Shown: positions 34,789 through 47,689 of the stretch, piece by piece | Layout: each line of letters starts with the position of its first letter | Position numbering within the stretch: the stretch's first letter is position 1 | Assembly (NCBI GenBank): GCA_038087875.1 | Contig: CM075990.1 | Coordinates: forward strand, 2,482,001-2,546,000 | DNA: 64,000 nt | Source: Malacoraja senta | Taxonomy: Eukaryota | Direction of reading: 5' to 3' | The notes under the pieces: generated by a model | Told to the model about the DNA's origin: nothing | Seen by the model: the letters and a program-made list of their open reading frames with translations, nothing else | The model's database searches: none | Made by a program: the position numbers and the translations under genes

Positions 34789-35103
34789 TAGCCCTGTCCC
34801 ACGGTGTGAGTTCATTCCAAGAGCTCTCCCGAGTTTAAAAAAATCAAACTCGTGGTAAGCACGGAGAATGAACATAGCGGGTACGTCGGAGCTCGGGGAC
34901 GTCTCTTAGCGCTAACGGCAGGTACTCGGGAAGACTCGCTAACGGCAGGTAAGCACGGGAATACTCGTGAAGATTTTTCAACATGTTGAAAAATGTCAAC
35001 AAGAGCCCCGAGTACCGACGAGTGGCCATTACCGTAAATCTACGAGTTCGAATTCATTCCACAGGAGAACTCGTGGAATGAACTCGTACCGTGGGATAGG
35101 GGT
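34789..35103. mobile_element. PIF/Harbinger-type MITE
   Basis: TIRs CCCTGTCCCACGGT.TGAGTTCATTCCA / TGGAATGAACTCGTACCGTGGGATAGGG; TTA/TAA flanks. Confidence 0.8.
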
Positions 35104-36099
35104 TTAAGTTTATTGGCCAAGTATGTACACATACAAGGAAATTTGCCTTGGTGCTCCGCTCGCAAGTAACAACATGACATACAGTGACAATTAAGAATGA
35201 CGCATAATACATTACACATTAATAATAAAACATTATCGTTTAAACATGCGAATGAAATAAAATACCAGAGCAAAAGGAGGCTACAGATTTTTGGTTATAG
35301 TATTGAGTATTTGGTTAATGGTTATTGAAGTTCCACACTGCCTTGCTGGGATTTAACCATTTGGCATTCGATTCATATAGTCACAGAGTGATGTAGTCAT
35401 ACAGCACAAAAACAGGCCCTTCAGCCCAACTTGCCCATACAACCCATTTACACTAGTCCCACCTGTCCACGTTTGGCACATACACCTCTAAACCTTTTCT
35501 ATACATGTACCTGTCCAAATGCCTTTTAAATGTTGTTACTGTACGCTCCTCAAGTCTTTAAAGCTACATCAGCTTAAAGTGACCAGGTTTGTATACAATA
35601 GACAATAGACAATAGGTGCAGGAGTAGGCCATTTGGCCCTTCGAGCCAGCACCGCCATTCAATGTGATCATCCCCAATCAGTACCCCGTTCCTGCCTTCT
35701 CCCCATATCCCTTGACTCCGCTATCTTTAAGAGCTCTATCTAACTCCCTATAGCTCAGGCCCTCAAGTCCTGGCAACATCTCGTCAATCTTCTCGCCATT
35801 CATTCCATCTGAACAATATCCTTCCTATACCAGGATGATCGAAACTGGATGCAATACTCCAATTTGATCTCGCCAATGTCTTGCACGACTGTAACATAAC
35901 ATCCCAACTTCTATATTCAATATGAGTAGGAAGAATCTGCAGATGCTGGTTTAAACTGAAGATAGACACAAAAAGCTGAAATAACTCAGCGGGCCAGTCA
36001 GCATCTTTGGAGAAAAGGAATAGGTGATGTTTTGGGTCTAGACTCTTCTTCGGACTGAGAGTAGGAACTGAGATGCTGGTTCAAACCAAAGATAGACCG

Positions 36100-36625
36100 G
36101 ACCATTGTTTCTGCCTGCTCCTGCCCAACTGAAATCATTTCCACATACCGCAACTCCATCCTATCGCCCCTGGTCCAATCCCTCCCGACCTATGTTCAAG
36201 ACACCTAACACGACCATCCTCTCTTCAATGACTTCGGTTCTCCAGGCCCTCATTCCCTCATCTTTTCTATGGACGTTCAGTCACTCTGCAGTCACAGCCC
36301 TGCGTTTCTTTGTTGACAGCAGAATCAGCCCATATCCATCTACCAACACTCTCCTCCGCCTAGCGGAGCTGGTCCTCACCCTTAACAAATCTCCTTCGAC
36401 TCCTACTTCCTCCAAGTCCAGGGCGTAGTCATGGGCACTCGCATGGGCCCCAGCTATGCCTCCCTCTTTGTAGGGTACATTGAACAACCCCAGTTCCAGG
36501 CGTACACTGGCCCTGTCCCCGAACCCCATTTCCGTTACATTGATGACTGCATCGGTGCTACCTCCTGCACCCATACAGAACTCATGGACTTCATTAACTT
36601 CACCACCAATTTCCATCCTGCATTC
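36100..36625 (+). mobile_element. PLE RT fragment
   Basis: MGTRMGPSYASLFVGYIEQ...FRYIDDCIG, Penelope RT core. Confidence 0.85.
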
Positions 36626-37568
36626 AATCCACCAGCAATGGCTGCCTCGCCAACAGTCTGTCTGTCCTTTCCTTCTTTTGTGATTATATAGTATGCGTTA
36701 AATGTATGTTTCCAGTGTTCGTTAATTTTTTTATGTGGGGGGGGGGGGGCTTGGGGGAAATCTCTTTTTCTAATCTCTTACCTCGATGGAGATGCGATTT
36801 ATTTCCGTATCGTATCTCCGTCCCCACTGCGGCCTAACATCACGGAGCCCACGATCCCTGTGCCAGGGATGGACCTCGGAGCTCCAACCGTGGGTGCTTG
36901 CAGACTTAACATCACGGAGTCTGTGACCTGTGAGGAAACGGATTCCCTAGATTCGTTGGGGATGACCAACACTTTTAAGGAGAGCAGCATTAATACTTTT
37001 CTATTGTTTACCAGGTAATCTTTTACGCAACAGAGGTTGGGAAGAGGCTCCCTTGTCCTGTCTGAAGAAGGGGCTCGACGTGAATCGTCACCCATTCCTT
37101 CTCTCCAGAGATGCTGCCCGTCCCGCTGAGCTACTCCAGCTTTTTGTGTCTATCTTGGGGACAGGACGCTATTTTGAAAGCCTTGTGTCAGGCCTGTGAA
37201 CAATGTTCAACAGAGCTGCCCAACAGAGGTAACTGGGTGTAACTGCGGCTTCAGTCCTGGAAATGCTGGTTTGTGAGAAGGTTCCTGTTTCGGGTTCTTT
37301 AATCCTTCTGATGATTTAGACTTTAGACAAGTTCCCAAGTAATAGGAGCAGAATTAAGCCATTCAGCTCATAGAGTCCACCCACCATTCAATCATGGCTG
37401 ATCTCTGCCTCCTAATCCCATTCTCCTGCCTTCTCCCCATAACCCTTGACACCAGTTCTAGTCAAGAACTTGTCTATCTCCACCTTAAAAATATCCACTG
37501 ACTTGGCCTCCACTGCCCTCTGTGTTAAGGGCTTGGACACACTAGAGGCAGGAAACATGTTCCCGATG

Positions 37569-38405
37569 TTGTGTCTATCCATGGAGGCAGTTGATGTGGG
37601 ATCATCAACACCCTAAAAATACGCTCCAAGAGTGGGATAGACATCAATGTTGGATTTATCAGCAATATTATTATTTAGTTTAGTTTGGTTTAGTTTATTG
37701 TCACGTGTACCGAGATACGGTGAAAAGCTTTTCCTTGCATGCTAACCAGTCAGCGGAAAGACAATCCATGGTTACAATCAAACTGTCCATTGTGTACAGA
37801 GTCAGCATAAAGGGAATAATGTTTAGTACAAGGTGAGGTCTAGTGAAGTCCAAGTAAAGGTTGTGCAGTGACTTTGTGTATTGAGGGAGTGCAGCGTAGG
37901 TTTATAAGGTTAATTCCCGGGATGGCGGGACTGTCATATGCTGAGAGAATGGAGCAACTGGGCTTGTACACTCTGGAGTTTAGAAGGATGAGAGGATATC
38001 TCATTGAAACATATAAGATTGTTAAGGGCTTGGACACGCTAGAGGCAGGAAACATGTTCCCGATGTTGGGGGAGTCCAGAACCAGGGGCCACAGTTTAAG
38101 AATAAGGAGTAAGCCATTTAGAACGGAGATGAGGAAACACTTTTTCTCACAGAAAGTGGTGAGTCTGTGGAATTCTCTGCCTCAGAGGGCGGTGGAAGTC
38201 GGTTCTCTGGATGCTTTCAAGAGAGAGCTAGATGGGGCTCTTAAAGATAGCAGAGTCAGGGGATATGGGGAGAAGGCAGGAACGGGGTACTGATTGGGGA
38301 TGATCAGCCATGATCACATTGAATGGCGGGGCTGGCTCGAAGGGCCAAATGGCCTACTCCTGCACCTATTGTCTATTGTCTATTGTCCATTGTCTATTGT
38401 CTATT
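37569..38405 (+). repeat. Composite insert: copy of 51170-51983 (unique flank, Rex fragment, CR1 3' end with ATTGTCT tail)
   Basis: Near-identical sequence with the same CR1 5' truncation point in both places. Confidence 0.92.
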
Positions 38406-38442
38406 GCAATGAGTTCCACAGATTAACTACCCTCTGACTTAA

Positions 38443-39002
38443 AGGCCTGTCTCACGAGTCTGCGGTCATTGGCGGTGATACAGGAAGTATCTACCGCTCG
38501 TGGACCGCCAGAGACCGCGGGTTCGGTCAAACGCCCATCGCCGAGGCCGAGCGGCGTTGGTCCCAACACCGCACCGTGCTCACAAAAGTCAGCAATGTTG
38601 AAAAATAATTTCTTACCGCACAGCCGCCGCCAGTGAGGCACGGTCACCGCCACAGCCGCCGCCAGTGAGGCACGGTCACCACCACAGCCACCGCCAGTGA
38701 GGCACGGTCACCGCCACAGCCGCCGCCAGTGAGGCACGGTCACCACCACAGCCGCCGCCAGTGCGGCACGAGCGCCGTGAGTGGAACTCTCACCACCACA
38801 GCCTCCGCCAGTGAGGCAAGTGTGCGGCACGGGCGCCGCGATCAGCACTACCGCCGCCACAGCCCCGCTTGCTTTATTTTCTATAACACCGCAAGCTCGT
38901 GGGACCGGCCGTACTCGGCGCTCTCGGGGTTGACGTGCGGTCCCCTCTTCCAGCGACGCCGCGCTTCACCGCCAATGACCGCAACAACGTGAGACAGAGC
39001 CT
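38443..39002. mobile_element. PIF/Harbinger-type MITE with internal 32-bp minisatellite (about 38619-38770)
   Basis: TIRs AGGCCTGTCTCACG..TGCGGTCATTGGCGGTGA / TCACCGCCAATGACCGCA..CGTGAGACAGAGCCT; TSD TAA at 38440-42 and 39003-05. Confidence 0.88.
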
Positions 39003-39534
39003 TAAAGAAGTTCCTCCTCATCTCCTTTCTAAAAGAACGTTCTTTAATTCTTAGGCTGTGACCTCTGGTCCTAGACTTTCCCACCAGTGGAAACATCCTC
39101 TCCACATCCACTCTATCTACGCCTTTCATTAATCTGTAAGTTTCAATGAGGTCCCCCCTCAACCTTCTAAACTCCAGCGAGTCGAAGGCCAGTGCCGTCA
39201 ACCGCTCATCATATGCTAACCCACTCATTCCTGGGATCATTATTGTAAACAATGTAGACGTTAGTCTTTAGAGATACAGTGTGGAAACATGCCCACCAAT
39301 TCCACGCCGACCTATGTGCCTTTGGAGTGTGGGAGGAAACCAGAGCACCCGGTGAAAACCCACACTGTCGCAAAGACAACATACCACGTGTTTTCAAATG
39401 GATTGTGAAAGGGATCATGTTTGAGATCCCAACCTATGGTGATGGAAGAGCAACAAATCTGACGCTTCATTCCATTGGGCGGGGGGGGGGGGGGTGGATG
39501 GGATGGAAGAAATAAACATGGGAATACTAATCAT

Positions 39535-39825
39535 GCAGCGGTAGAGTTGCTGCCTTACGGAGCTTGCAGCGCCGGAGACCCAGGTTCGATCCTGACTACA
39601 GATGCTGTCTGTACGGAGTTTGCACGTTCTCCCCGTGAACGCGTTGGTTTTCTCTGAAATCTTCATTTTCTTCCCACGCTCCAAAGACGTACAGGTTTGT
39701 TGGTTAATTGGCTTGGTATAAGTGCAAAATTGTCCCTAGTGTGTGTAGTGTTAATGTGCGGGGATCGCTGGTCAGTGTGGACTTGGTGGGCCGAAGGGCC
39801 TGTTTCCACGCTGTATCACTAAAAC
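39535..39825 (+). mobile_element. HE1-like V-SINE
   Basis: Consensus match. Confidence 0.85.
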
Positions 39826-39945
39826 TAAATAATGTTTAGTGCAAGATAAAGCCAGTAACGTTCGATCAAAGATAGTCCAAGGATTCACCATTGAGGTGGA
39901 TAGTCGTTCAGGACTGCTCTCTAGATGTGGTAGGATGGTTCCGTT

Positions 39946-40911
39946 GTTTGCGTGTATGTGTCTGTGTGTGTGTGCTTGCGTGTGCGTGGGTATGTGTGTG
40001 TGTGCGGGTGTGCGCAAGTGCATGTGTGTTTGTATGTGTGTGTGTGTGTGTGTGCATTTATGTGCCTGCATGTGCTTGCAAATGTGTGTGTGTGCGTATG
40101 TGTGTGTATGTGTGAGTGTGTGTGTGAGTGTGTGCGTGTGCATGCATGTGTGTGTGTGCATGCCTGTGCATGTGATTTGTGTGAGTGTGTGTGTGCATGT
40201 GTGAGTGTGTATGTGCATGTGTGCATGTGTGTGCGCGTGTTTGTGCATGAGTGTATGTGCGTGGTTGTGTGCGCGCGCATGTGTGTGTGTGTGTGTGAGT
40301 GTGAGTGTGTATGTGTGTGTGCATGAGTGTATGTGTGCGTGCGTGTGTGCGTATGTGTGAGAGTGTATGTGCATGTGTGCATGTGAGTGTGTGTGTATGT
40401 GCGTGTGTGTGTATGTGTGTGTGCATGTGTGTGCGTGCATGTGTGTGTGTGTGCGCACACATGAGTGTGTGTATGTGTGTGTATGCGCGTGTGTGCATGT
40501 ATGAGTGTGTATGCGTGTGTGATCATATGTGTGTGTGTGGCGCATGTGTGCATATGTGTGTGTGCTTATGCACGCGCATGTGTGCATGCGTGTGTGTGCG
40601 CGTGTGTGTGAGTGTGTGTGTGTGTGAGGATGGGTGTGTGTGTGTGTATATGTGCGTGTGTGCATGTGTGTGCATGTGTGTGCATGCATGTGTGTGTGTG
40701 TATGGGCACACATGAGTGTGTGTGTATATGTGTGTGTATGCACGTGTGTGCATGTATGAGTGTGTATGCGCATGTGATCATATGTGTGTGTGGCTCGTGT
40801 GTGCATGTATGTGTGTGTATGCGCGCGCATGTGTGCATGCGTGTGTGAGTGTGTGTGTGTGTGTGTGTGAGTGTGTGTGTGTGTGTGTGAGTGTGTGTGT
40901 GGGTGAGATTG

Positions 40912-40944
<33 letters not shown>

Positions 40945-41080
40945 ATGTGTGTGTATGTGTGTGTGTATGTGTGTGTATGTGTGTATGTGTGTGTATGTGT
41001 GTGTGTGAGTGTGAGTGTGAGTGTGTGTATGTGTATGAGTGTGTGTGTATGTGCATGTGTGTGTGTGTGTGTATATATGT
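39946..41080. repeat. Compound (GT)n/(GCAT) alternating purine-pyrimidine simple repeat, about 1.1 kb
   Basis: Directly visible; source of the spurious C/V- and H/T-rich ORFs. Confidence 0.98.
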
Positions 41081-43037
41081 GGAGCAGGGGGAGAGGCCAG
41101 CCTGCTCTTTCTCAGAGTGCTGCTATGGGCTAACTGCGAGAGGGTCCCTGGTGTCTCTTTCAGCTGCTATTCCTTTTAAATTAGAACTGAGCTCCTCGAA
41201 TAAATTCTGCGGCAGCAGCTTGAGATGGAGTAAAGTTGCATTTCACTGAAGTAGTGACTGGGGAATTCCCCATTTACACTTGTTATTTGCATGATAAAGC
41301 CAGAGGTTTTCGGCAATAGGGTGAATTACTCTGCCAGGGGGTTGTATGCCTGCCTCCACATCCTAACCTCAGCTAAAACAATCGGGGAACAATCCCCTTT
41401 TGGACGGCGGGCGGTGAGGGGGGGTTGATAAAGAACCTCAGGCCAAACGCAAAGCGGAGACGAATCAAACCATCAAATTTAAATGCCACAATTAATAATC
41501 CCACATGTAACAGGCCCACTGCATTACCTCAGCTCATAGTTTGCACTCCAACCTCCTTCGCTATGTATTAAATGGTTTCCGCCCCCCCCCCCCTCCAGAA
41601 GATTAATTGAAGGCAGAATGAGAGAAGATAGCTCCCATGGGCAAATCACAGCTTGTTATTCATACCCATCCAAAGGAGCAACAGTAAATCCTATAGGATG
41701 TTGTTAAGCTGCGATATTACCATATGTGTACCATGGCCACTTTGACAGCACGCCCGATCTGCCAGCAACTTATTGATCCCGAAGCTCTCCATTTTAAGTT
41801 AATCGTGCTTGAAATGAGGGAAATTCTAAGCTCCGCAGTACCTGCCCAGCCTTTAGCTAGTGCTCCGGGAATTCCTTTTCTTGTTTGTTTGTTGAAGGTG
41901 TGTTTGTGTCCGTGTTTCAGATGGCTGGTGGTGAGAGGGAGGGAGAGAAGGAGGAAGGGAGGGAGGGAGGGAGGGAGGGAGAGAGGGGGAGGGAGGGAAG
42001 GGGAGGGGAGGATGCTTGGGTTATGGGGTTGGGTGAGGGAAAGAAGACGCAGAATGAGCAGTGGGAGTTTCAGATCAGGTCTTTGCAATCTCCATGTTTC
42101 GAGGAAGCTTCAATCCTATAAGCATAACATGCCTGGATAATCCTGTGAAACAATATCCAGCGGGGATTGAAAGCCTTTCACTAATACCCAAACAAGTTAG
42201 CACACAAAATGTGAATGATGACTGGAGATTGCCTCCTTTAGGCAGTCAAGGACACTTTGTTGGAAACGTAACTCACATCGTATGAAGCCCCCAAATAGTT
42301 TGATCACAGTGATGTTCATCAAAGAGTGCAGGAAGGAACTGCAGATGCTGGTTTATACCGAAGATAGGCACAAGGTGCTGGAGGAACTCAGTGGATCAGG
42401 CAGCACCTCTGGAGAAAAAGGATGGGTGACGTTTCGGGTCTGAAGAAGGGTCTCGACCCGAAACATCACCCATTCCTTCTCTCCGGAGATGCCGCCTGAT
42501 CCAGCATTTGGTGCCTAGTCAAAGGGTGATTTGATTGACAGAAGACTGCATTTTAAAAAGTCTAGTTAGCATTGTGCGGTGGCAGAAGTGGTTGAATTGG
42601 GGGGATGTCAGACCCCTTTCAAGGGAAGGGTTTGAAGATTTCATTCACAGTGGCGCAGAAACCCGGGTTCGATCCTGGCCACTGATGCTGTCTATGCGGA
42701 GTTTTTGTACGTTCTCCCGATGACCACGTGGGTTTCCTCTAGGTGCTCCGGTTTCCTCCCATGTCCCAAAGAGGCGTGGGTTTGTACATTAATTGGCCTT
42801 CTGTAAATTGCCCTCAGTGTGCAAGCCATAGAACGTGAGACTGGTCCTTGGATATGCTGGTGGCCTTTAGGAGGCAGTGTGAAGTGTAGATGGAGTCAAT
42901 GGAAGGGAGGTTGGTTTGTGTGCGAGATGGTCTGGGCTGCGTCCACAACTCTCTGCAATTTCCCAATGTCAGCTCGTCATTGTTAGGTAAATGTCTTACA
43001 ATCCTTGGGACTGATGGCAAAGCGAGCCAAACCTTTA

Positions 43038-43165
43038 GTCTGAAGAAGGGTCTCGACCCGAAACGTCACCTATTCCTTCGCTCCATAGATGCTGCCTCAC
43101 CCGCTGAGTTTCTCCAGCATTTTTGTCTACCTTCAATTTTCCAGCATCTGCAGTTCCTTCTTAAA
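43038..43165 (+). mobile_element. PLE pLTR solo with 13-bp flanking duplication
   Basis: CAAACCTTTAGTC at 43028-43040 and 43166-43178; insert begins at the hammerhead-like core. Confidence 0.85.
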
Positions 43166-44082
43166 CAAACCTTTAGTCAATCACCTGCCACGGGCCACCA
43201 GCATTGCAAAATCAAAGCTAAGTCTTTCAATCTGACCACCACCCTCAGGATCATGGACTTGGATACCATTGCCACCTCTTAGCACTTTAACACATAGCAT
43301 TTTCTCCCCACTTCCATGTTAAGTGCCAGTCTATTTCTTTCTACCTTTTTGTCTCTGTGCGTTTTGCAAATTCCAATGCAAAGTCAGTCAGTCTTCTGCA
43401 CCAAAAGGACTTAATGGACATCTGCGATCTTAACAATGGCGAAGCTTTGGCCTTCGTAGCCCCTACAATCACGTAATACCTCCCTTCAAAACAATGATCA
43501 AAGCGGATCCCAGCTTAATCCCATTTGATACACTTTGTAAATGGCCCTTTGTTACTTTTAGCTCTCAGGAATTAACAGAGGTCATGAAGGTTCATGATCC
43601 ATTAATCCCCCCGAATCCCATGGTGGTCACTGGCTCCGGCCTACACTCAGAGTGGTCTGTATGAAGAACGCAGCGTAGGTTGACACAAAATGCTGGAGTA
43701 ACTCAGTGGGACAGGCAGCATCATCTCTGGAGAGAAGGAATGGGTGATGTTTCGGGTCGAGACCCTTCTTCAGACTCACGTTTTGGGTCGAGACCCTTCT
43801 TCAGAGCCAAAACTTCTTCTCGACCCGAAACGTCACCCATTCCTTCCCTCCAGAGATGCTGCCTGTCCCGCTGAGTTACTCCAGCATCTTGTGAAACGTC
43901 ACCCATTCCTTCTCTCCAGAGATGCTGCCTGTCCCGCTGAGTTACTCCAGCATTTTGTGCCTATCTTCGATTTGAACCAGCATCTGCAGTTCGTTCTGGC
44001 CCTGTTGGCGTGCGGGTGCCATTGCGATAGTAGGCCAACGTTGAGTTGGCAATGACACCGATCACGGTGACCATGGCAACCA

Positions 44083-44610
44083 GGGCGGCACGGTGGACCA
44101 ACGCTAGAGCTGCTGCCTCGCAGCGCCGGAGACCCGGGTTCGATCCTGACCATGGGGGCTGCCTGTGTGGAGTTTGTACGTTCTCCCTGTGACCTGCATC
44201 AGGTTTATCCAGAATCTCTGGTTTCCTCCCACACGCCAAAGATAGAAACATAGAAACATAGAAAATAGGTGCAGGAGTAGGCCATTCAGCCCTTCGAGCC
44301 TGCACCGCCATTCAATATGATCATGGCTGATCATCCAACTCAGTATCCTGTACCTGCCTTCTCTCCATACCCCCTGATCCCTTTAGGCACAAGGGCCACA
44401 TCTAACTCCCTCTTAAATATAGCATAGACAGATTAAAAAAGATAGACAGGTTTGTATGCTCATTGCTTGACATAATTGTAAATTGTCCCTGGTGTGTAGG
44501 GTAGTTTTAGTGTGTGGGGATCGCTGGTCGCCGCGGACTCAGTGGGCCGAAGGGCCTGTTTTCATGCTGTATCTCCAAACTAATCTAAACTAAACTAAGC
44601 TAAACTAAAG
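44083..44610 (+). mobile_element. HE1-like V-SINE interrupted by a CR1 3' fragment (about 44241-44422, minus)
   Basis: SINE head and tail flank a CR1 with an ATAGAAAC tail. Confidence 0.8.
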
Positions 44611-44689
44611 ATAGACACAAAAAGCTGGAGTAACTCAGCGGGACAGGCAGCATCTCTGGAGAGAAGGAATGAGTGACAATATACAACGG

Positions 44690-45420
44690 ACAATAGACAA
44701 TAGTCAATAGGTGCAAGAGTAGGCCAGTCGGCCCTTTGAGCCAGCACCGTCATTCAATGTAATCATGGCTGATCATCCCCAATCAGTTCCTGCCTTCTCC
44801 CCATATCCCCTGACTCCGCTATCTTTAAGAGATCTATCTAACTCTCTCTTGAAAGTATCCAGAGAACTGGCCTCCACCGCCCTCTGAGGCAAAGAGTTCC
44901 ACAGACTCACAACTCTCTGTGTGAAAATGTTTTTCCTCATCTCCATTCTCAATGGCCTACCCCTTATTCTTAAACTGTGGCCCCTGGTTCTGGACTCCCC
45001 CAACATCGGGAACATTAATAATCTTATATGTTTCAATAAGATTCCCTTTCATCCTTCTAAATTCCAGAGTATACAAGCCCAGCCGCTCCATTCTATCAAC
45101 ATATGACAGTCCTGCCATCCCTGGAATTAACCTGGCGAACCTACACTGCACTCCCTCAATAGCAAGAATGGCCTTCCTCAAATTAGGGGACCAAAACTGC
45201 ACACAATGCTCCATGTGTGGTCTCACTAGGGCCCTGTACAACTGCAGAAGGACCTCTTTGCTCCTATACTCAACTCCTCTTGTTATAAAGGCCAACATGC
45301 CATTTGCTTTCATCACTGCCTGCTGTACCTGCATGCTTACTTTCATTGACTGATGAACAAGGATCCCCAGATCCCGTTGTACTTTCCCTTTTTCCAACTT
45401 GACTCCATTTAGATAATAAT
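44690..45420 (-). mobile_element. CR1 3' fragment (about 730 bp)
   Basis: ORF 44957..45397(-) QRDLGILV...LYRALVRPHMEHCVQFWSP. Confidence 0.92.
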
Positions 45421-46089
45421 TGATGTTTCAGGTCGAGACCCTTCTTCTGACTAAACTAAACTCTACTGCTGTGCCACTGTGCCTCCCTGTGCTCCTGTGG
45501 TCCAGTTTGTAGGCTAATTGGCCTCGGTAAATGTGTAGGGCACAAGGCAGATTTTTCTTCATTCCTATGAGTTTTACAGGATCACATTGTTCTCATGCAG
45601 CCCAATGTTTATGTTCCTTAAAATTTTCTTAACATGGTCTTTATTTTTTCATTTTTAATAAATCAACATAAAAAGAAAAGGGACATGTTAATCAGAAACA
45701 CTCAAATAATACACAAAAGAAAATTACAAAAATATGCAGAAACATAAAATAAATATTGAAATATATATATATGATACAACCATACCATCAGTCACACACA
45801 TGACCCACCCCACCCTGGCTAATTAAGAGTGAAGAGTGCACCTACACATAAAAACATTTAACAAACCAGCCCTTAGTCCAGCAGAACCTGCAAGTCTGTA
45901 AAGTATGATAAAAAAAAGGTTGCCATTATCAGTACAACCCCTCAATGTATACTTAATTTTCTCAAGTTTCAGAAAAACTTTGAGCCACTGTGACACAGAG
46001 GGTTGGTTGGGAGAATTCCACTGTAGGAGTAGGCGACGTCTGGCTATTAAAGATGTAAAAAATAATCATTTCTTTTTGCACAGAGTTTA

Positions 46090-46735
46090 ATCAAGTATCA
46101 AGTATCCTTTATTGTCATTCAGACTTTTCAGTCTGAACGACATTTTGTGCCTTGCTGTCATAACATAGAATAAAATAACAAAACACACAATAAACACAGT
46201 TTAACATCCACCACAGTGAGTCCACCAGGCACCTCCTCACTGTGATGGAAGGCAAAAGTCTTAAAGTCCTTGTCACTTCTCTCCTTGTTCTCCCTCTGCG
46301 TTGAGAATCAAGTCAAGTTTCCTTTATTGTCATTCAGACCTTTCGGTCTGAACGAAATTGTGATGCGTTGAGGCGACCACGCCGGGTGATGGTAAGTAAG
46401 TCCCGCGGCTGAATCCGAGCTCGCGAACAGGCCGGTTCAAACTCCACGGCCCGGGGCGGTCGAAGCTGCCGAAGCTGCCGCCCTCCAGTCCAGCGGACGA
46501 AGCTGTTGTTGCGGGAGCTCTGGAAAAACAGCTCACCAACCTGTGACCTGCGAGCTCCCAACGTTGTCGTCCACTGGGCCCGCGGCCGAGCCTCCGTGGC
46601 TCCGAAGTCGGGTCGCCGCCGCCGCAACGCCGCCACAGCCCCGAAGTCGGCCAGCCTCGCGTTAGTAAGTCATGGCTGGCTCTGCCCCCGGAGCCTCGAG
46701 GTCGGTCCCAGTTGGAGGCCGCCAGCTGGGACCTG
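46090..46735 (-). mobile_element. GC-rich non-autonomous retroelement inserted in an old L1-like remnant (about 45635-46900)
   Basis: Tail TCAAGTATCAAG..TTTATTGTCATTCAGAC; extra tail copy at 46306-46364 flanked by TGCGTTGAG. Confidence 0.55.
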
Positions 46736-47117
46736 ATTCATCCAGGGCCCCAAAGATTGCAATCAATGGACAGGGCTGTAGAGGTATTCCCATTACGGTA
46801 GACATTATATTAAAGTAGCCGGACCAAAAATTATGTAATCGTGGACAAAGAAAAACATATGGCTCAGATGACCATGGTCAAATGTCTGCAGAGATTAACT
46901 TATTTTATTTTTTCCTTCATATAACAAAGATCGTTGCGTTATTATTCTTCAGTCCAATTACCATATTTAATTAAACTATCTAAATGAACCATCACACAAA
47001 ACAACCTCCCTTCCATTGACTCCATCTACACTTCACGCTGCCTCGGCAAGGCCACCAGCATAATCAAGGACCAGTCTCACCCTCTCTTCTCCCATCGGGC
47101 AAGAGGTACAGAATTAC

Positions 47118-47421
47118 GGGCGGCACGGTGGCGCAGCAGTAGGGTTACTGCCCCACAGCGCCGGAGACCCAGGTTCGATCCTAACTACGGGTGCTGTCTG
47201 TACGGAGTTTGTACCATCTCCCTGTGACCTGTATGGATTTTGTCTGAGATCTTCAGTTCCCTCCCACACTCCAAAGGTGTACAGGTTTGTAGGTTAATTG
47301 GCTTGTTATAAGTGTAAATTGTTCCCAGTGTGTGTAGGAAAACGTTAGTATGTGGGGATCGCTGGTCGGTGCGGACTCGGTGGGCTGAAGGGCCTGTGTC
47401 CGCACTGTATCTCTAATCTAA
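47118..47421 (+). mobile_element. HE1-like V-SINE inserted in a Rex1/Babar fragment (about 46995-47690)
   Basis: Host GGCAAGAGGTACAGAA|GTGTGAAAACG rejoins across it. Confidence 0.85.
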
Positions 47422-47689
47422 AGTGTGAAAACGCCTATCTCCAGATTCACAGTTAGTTCAATGCCAGCAGTTATCAGGCAACTGAACCATCCTAGCATCA
47501 ATAGAGAACAGTCCTGACTGCCATCTACCTTACTGGAGACCTTCGAACTATCTTTAATGGGACTATACTGGACTTTATCTTGCACTAAACGTTATTCCCT
47601 TTATCCTATATCTGTTCAATGTGGACGGTTTGATTGTTATCATATAGCTTTTTGTGACTGGATAGCATGCAACAGACAAGCTTTTCACT

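Larger units (their letters stand above)
37330..39250 (-). mobile_element. CR1 fragment split into 37330-37524, 38406-38442 and 39003-39250 by nested insertions
   Basis: CACTGCCCTCTGT|GCAATGAGTTCCACAG rejoins across the insertion; ORF 38881..39252(-) LEFRRLRGDLIETY. Confidence 0.8.

Noticed and set aside
38619..38770. 32-bp repeats as a CRISPR-like array
   Set aside because: Contiguous minisatellite inside a MITE with no unique spacers
39772..41249. Long His/Thr- and Cys/Val-rich ORFs up to 352 aa
   Set aside because: Translations of the GT simple repeat, open in several frames on both strands
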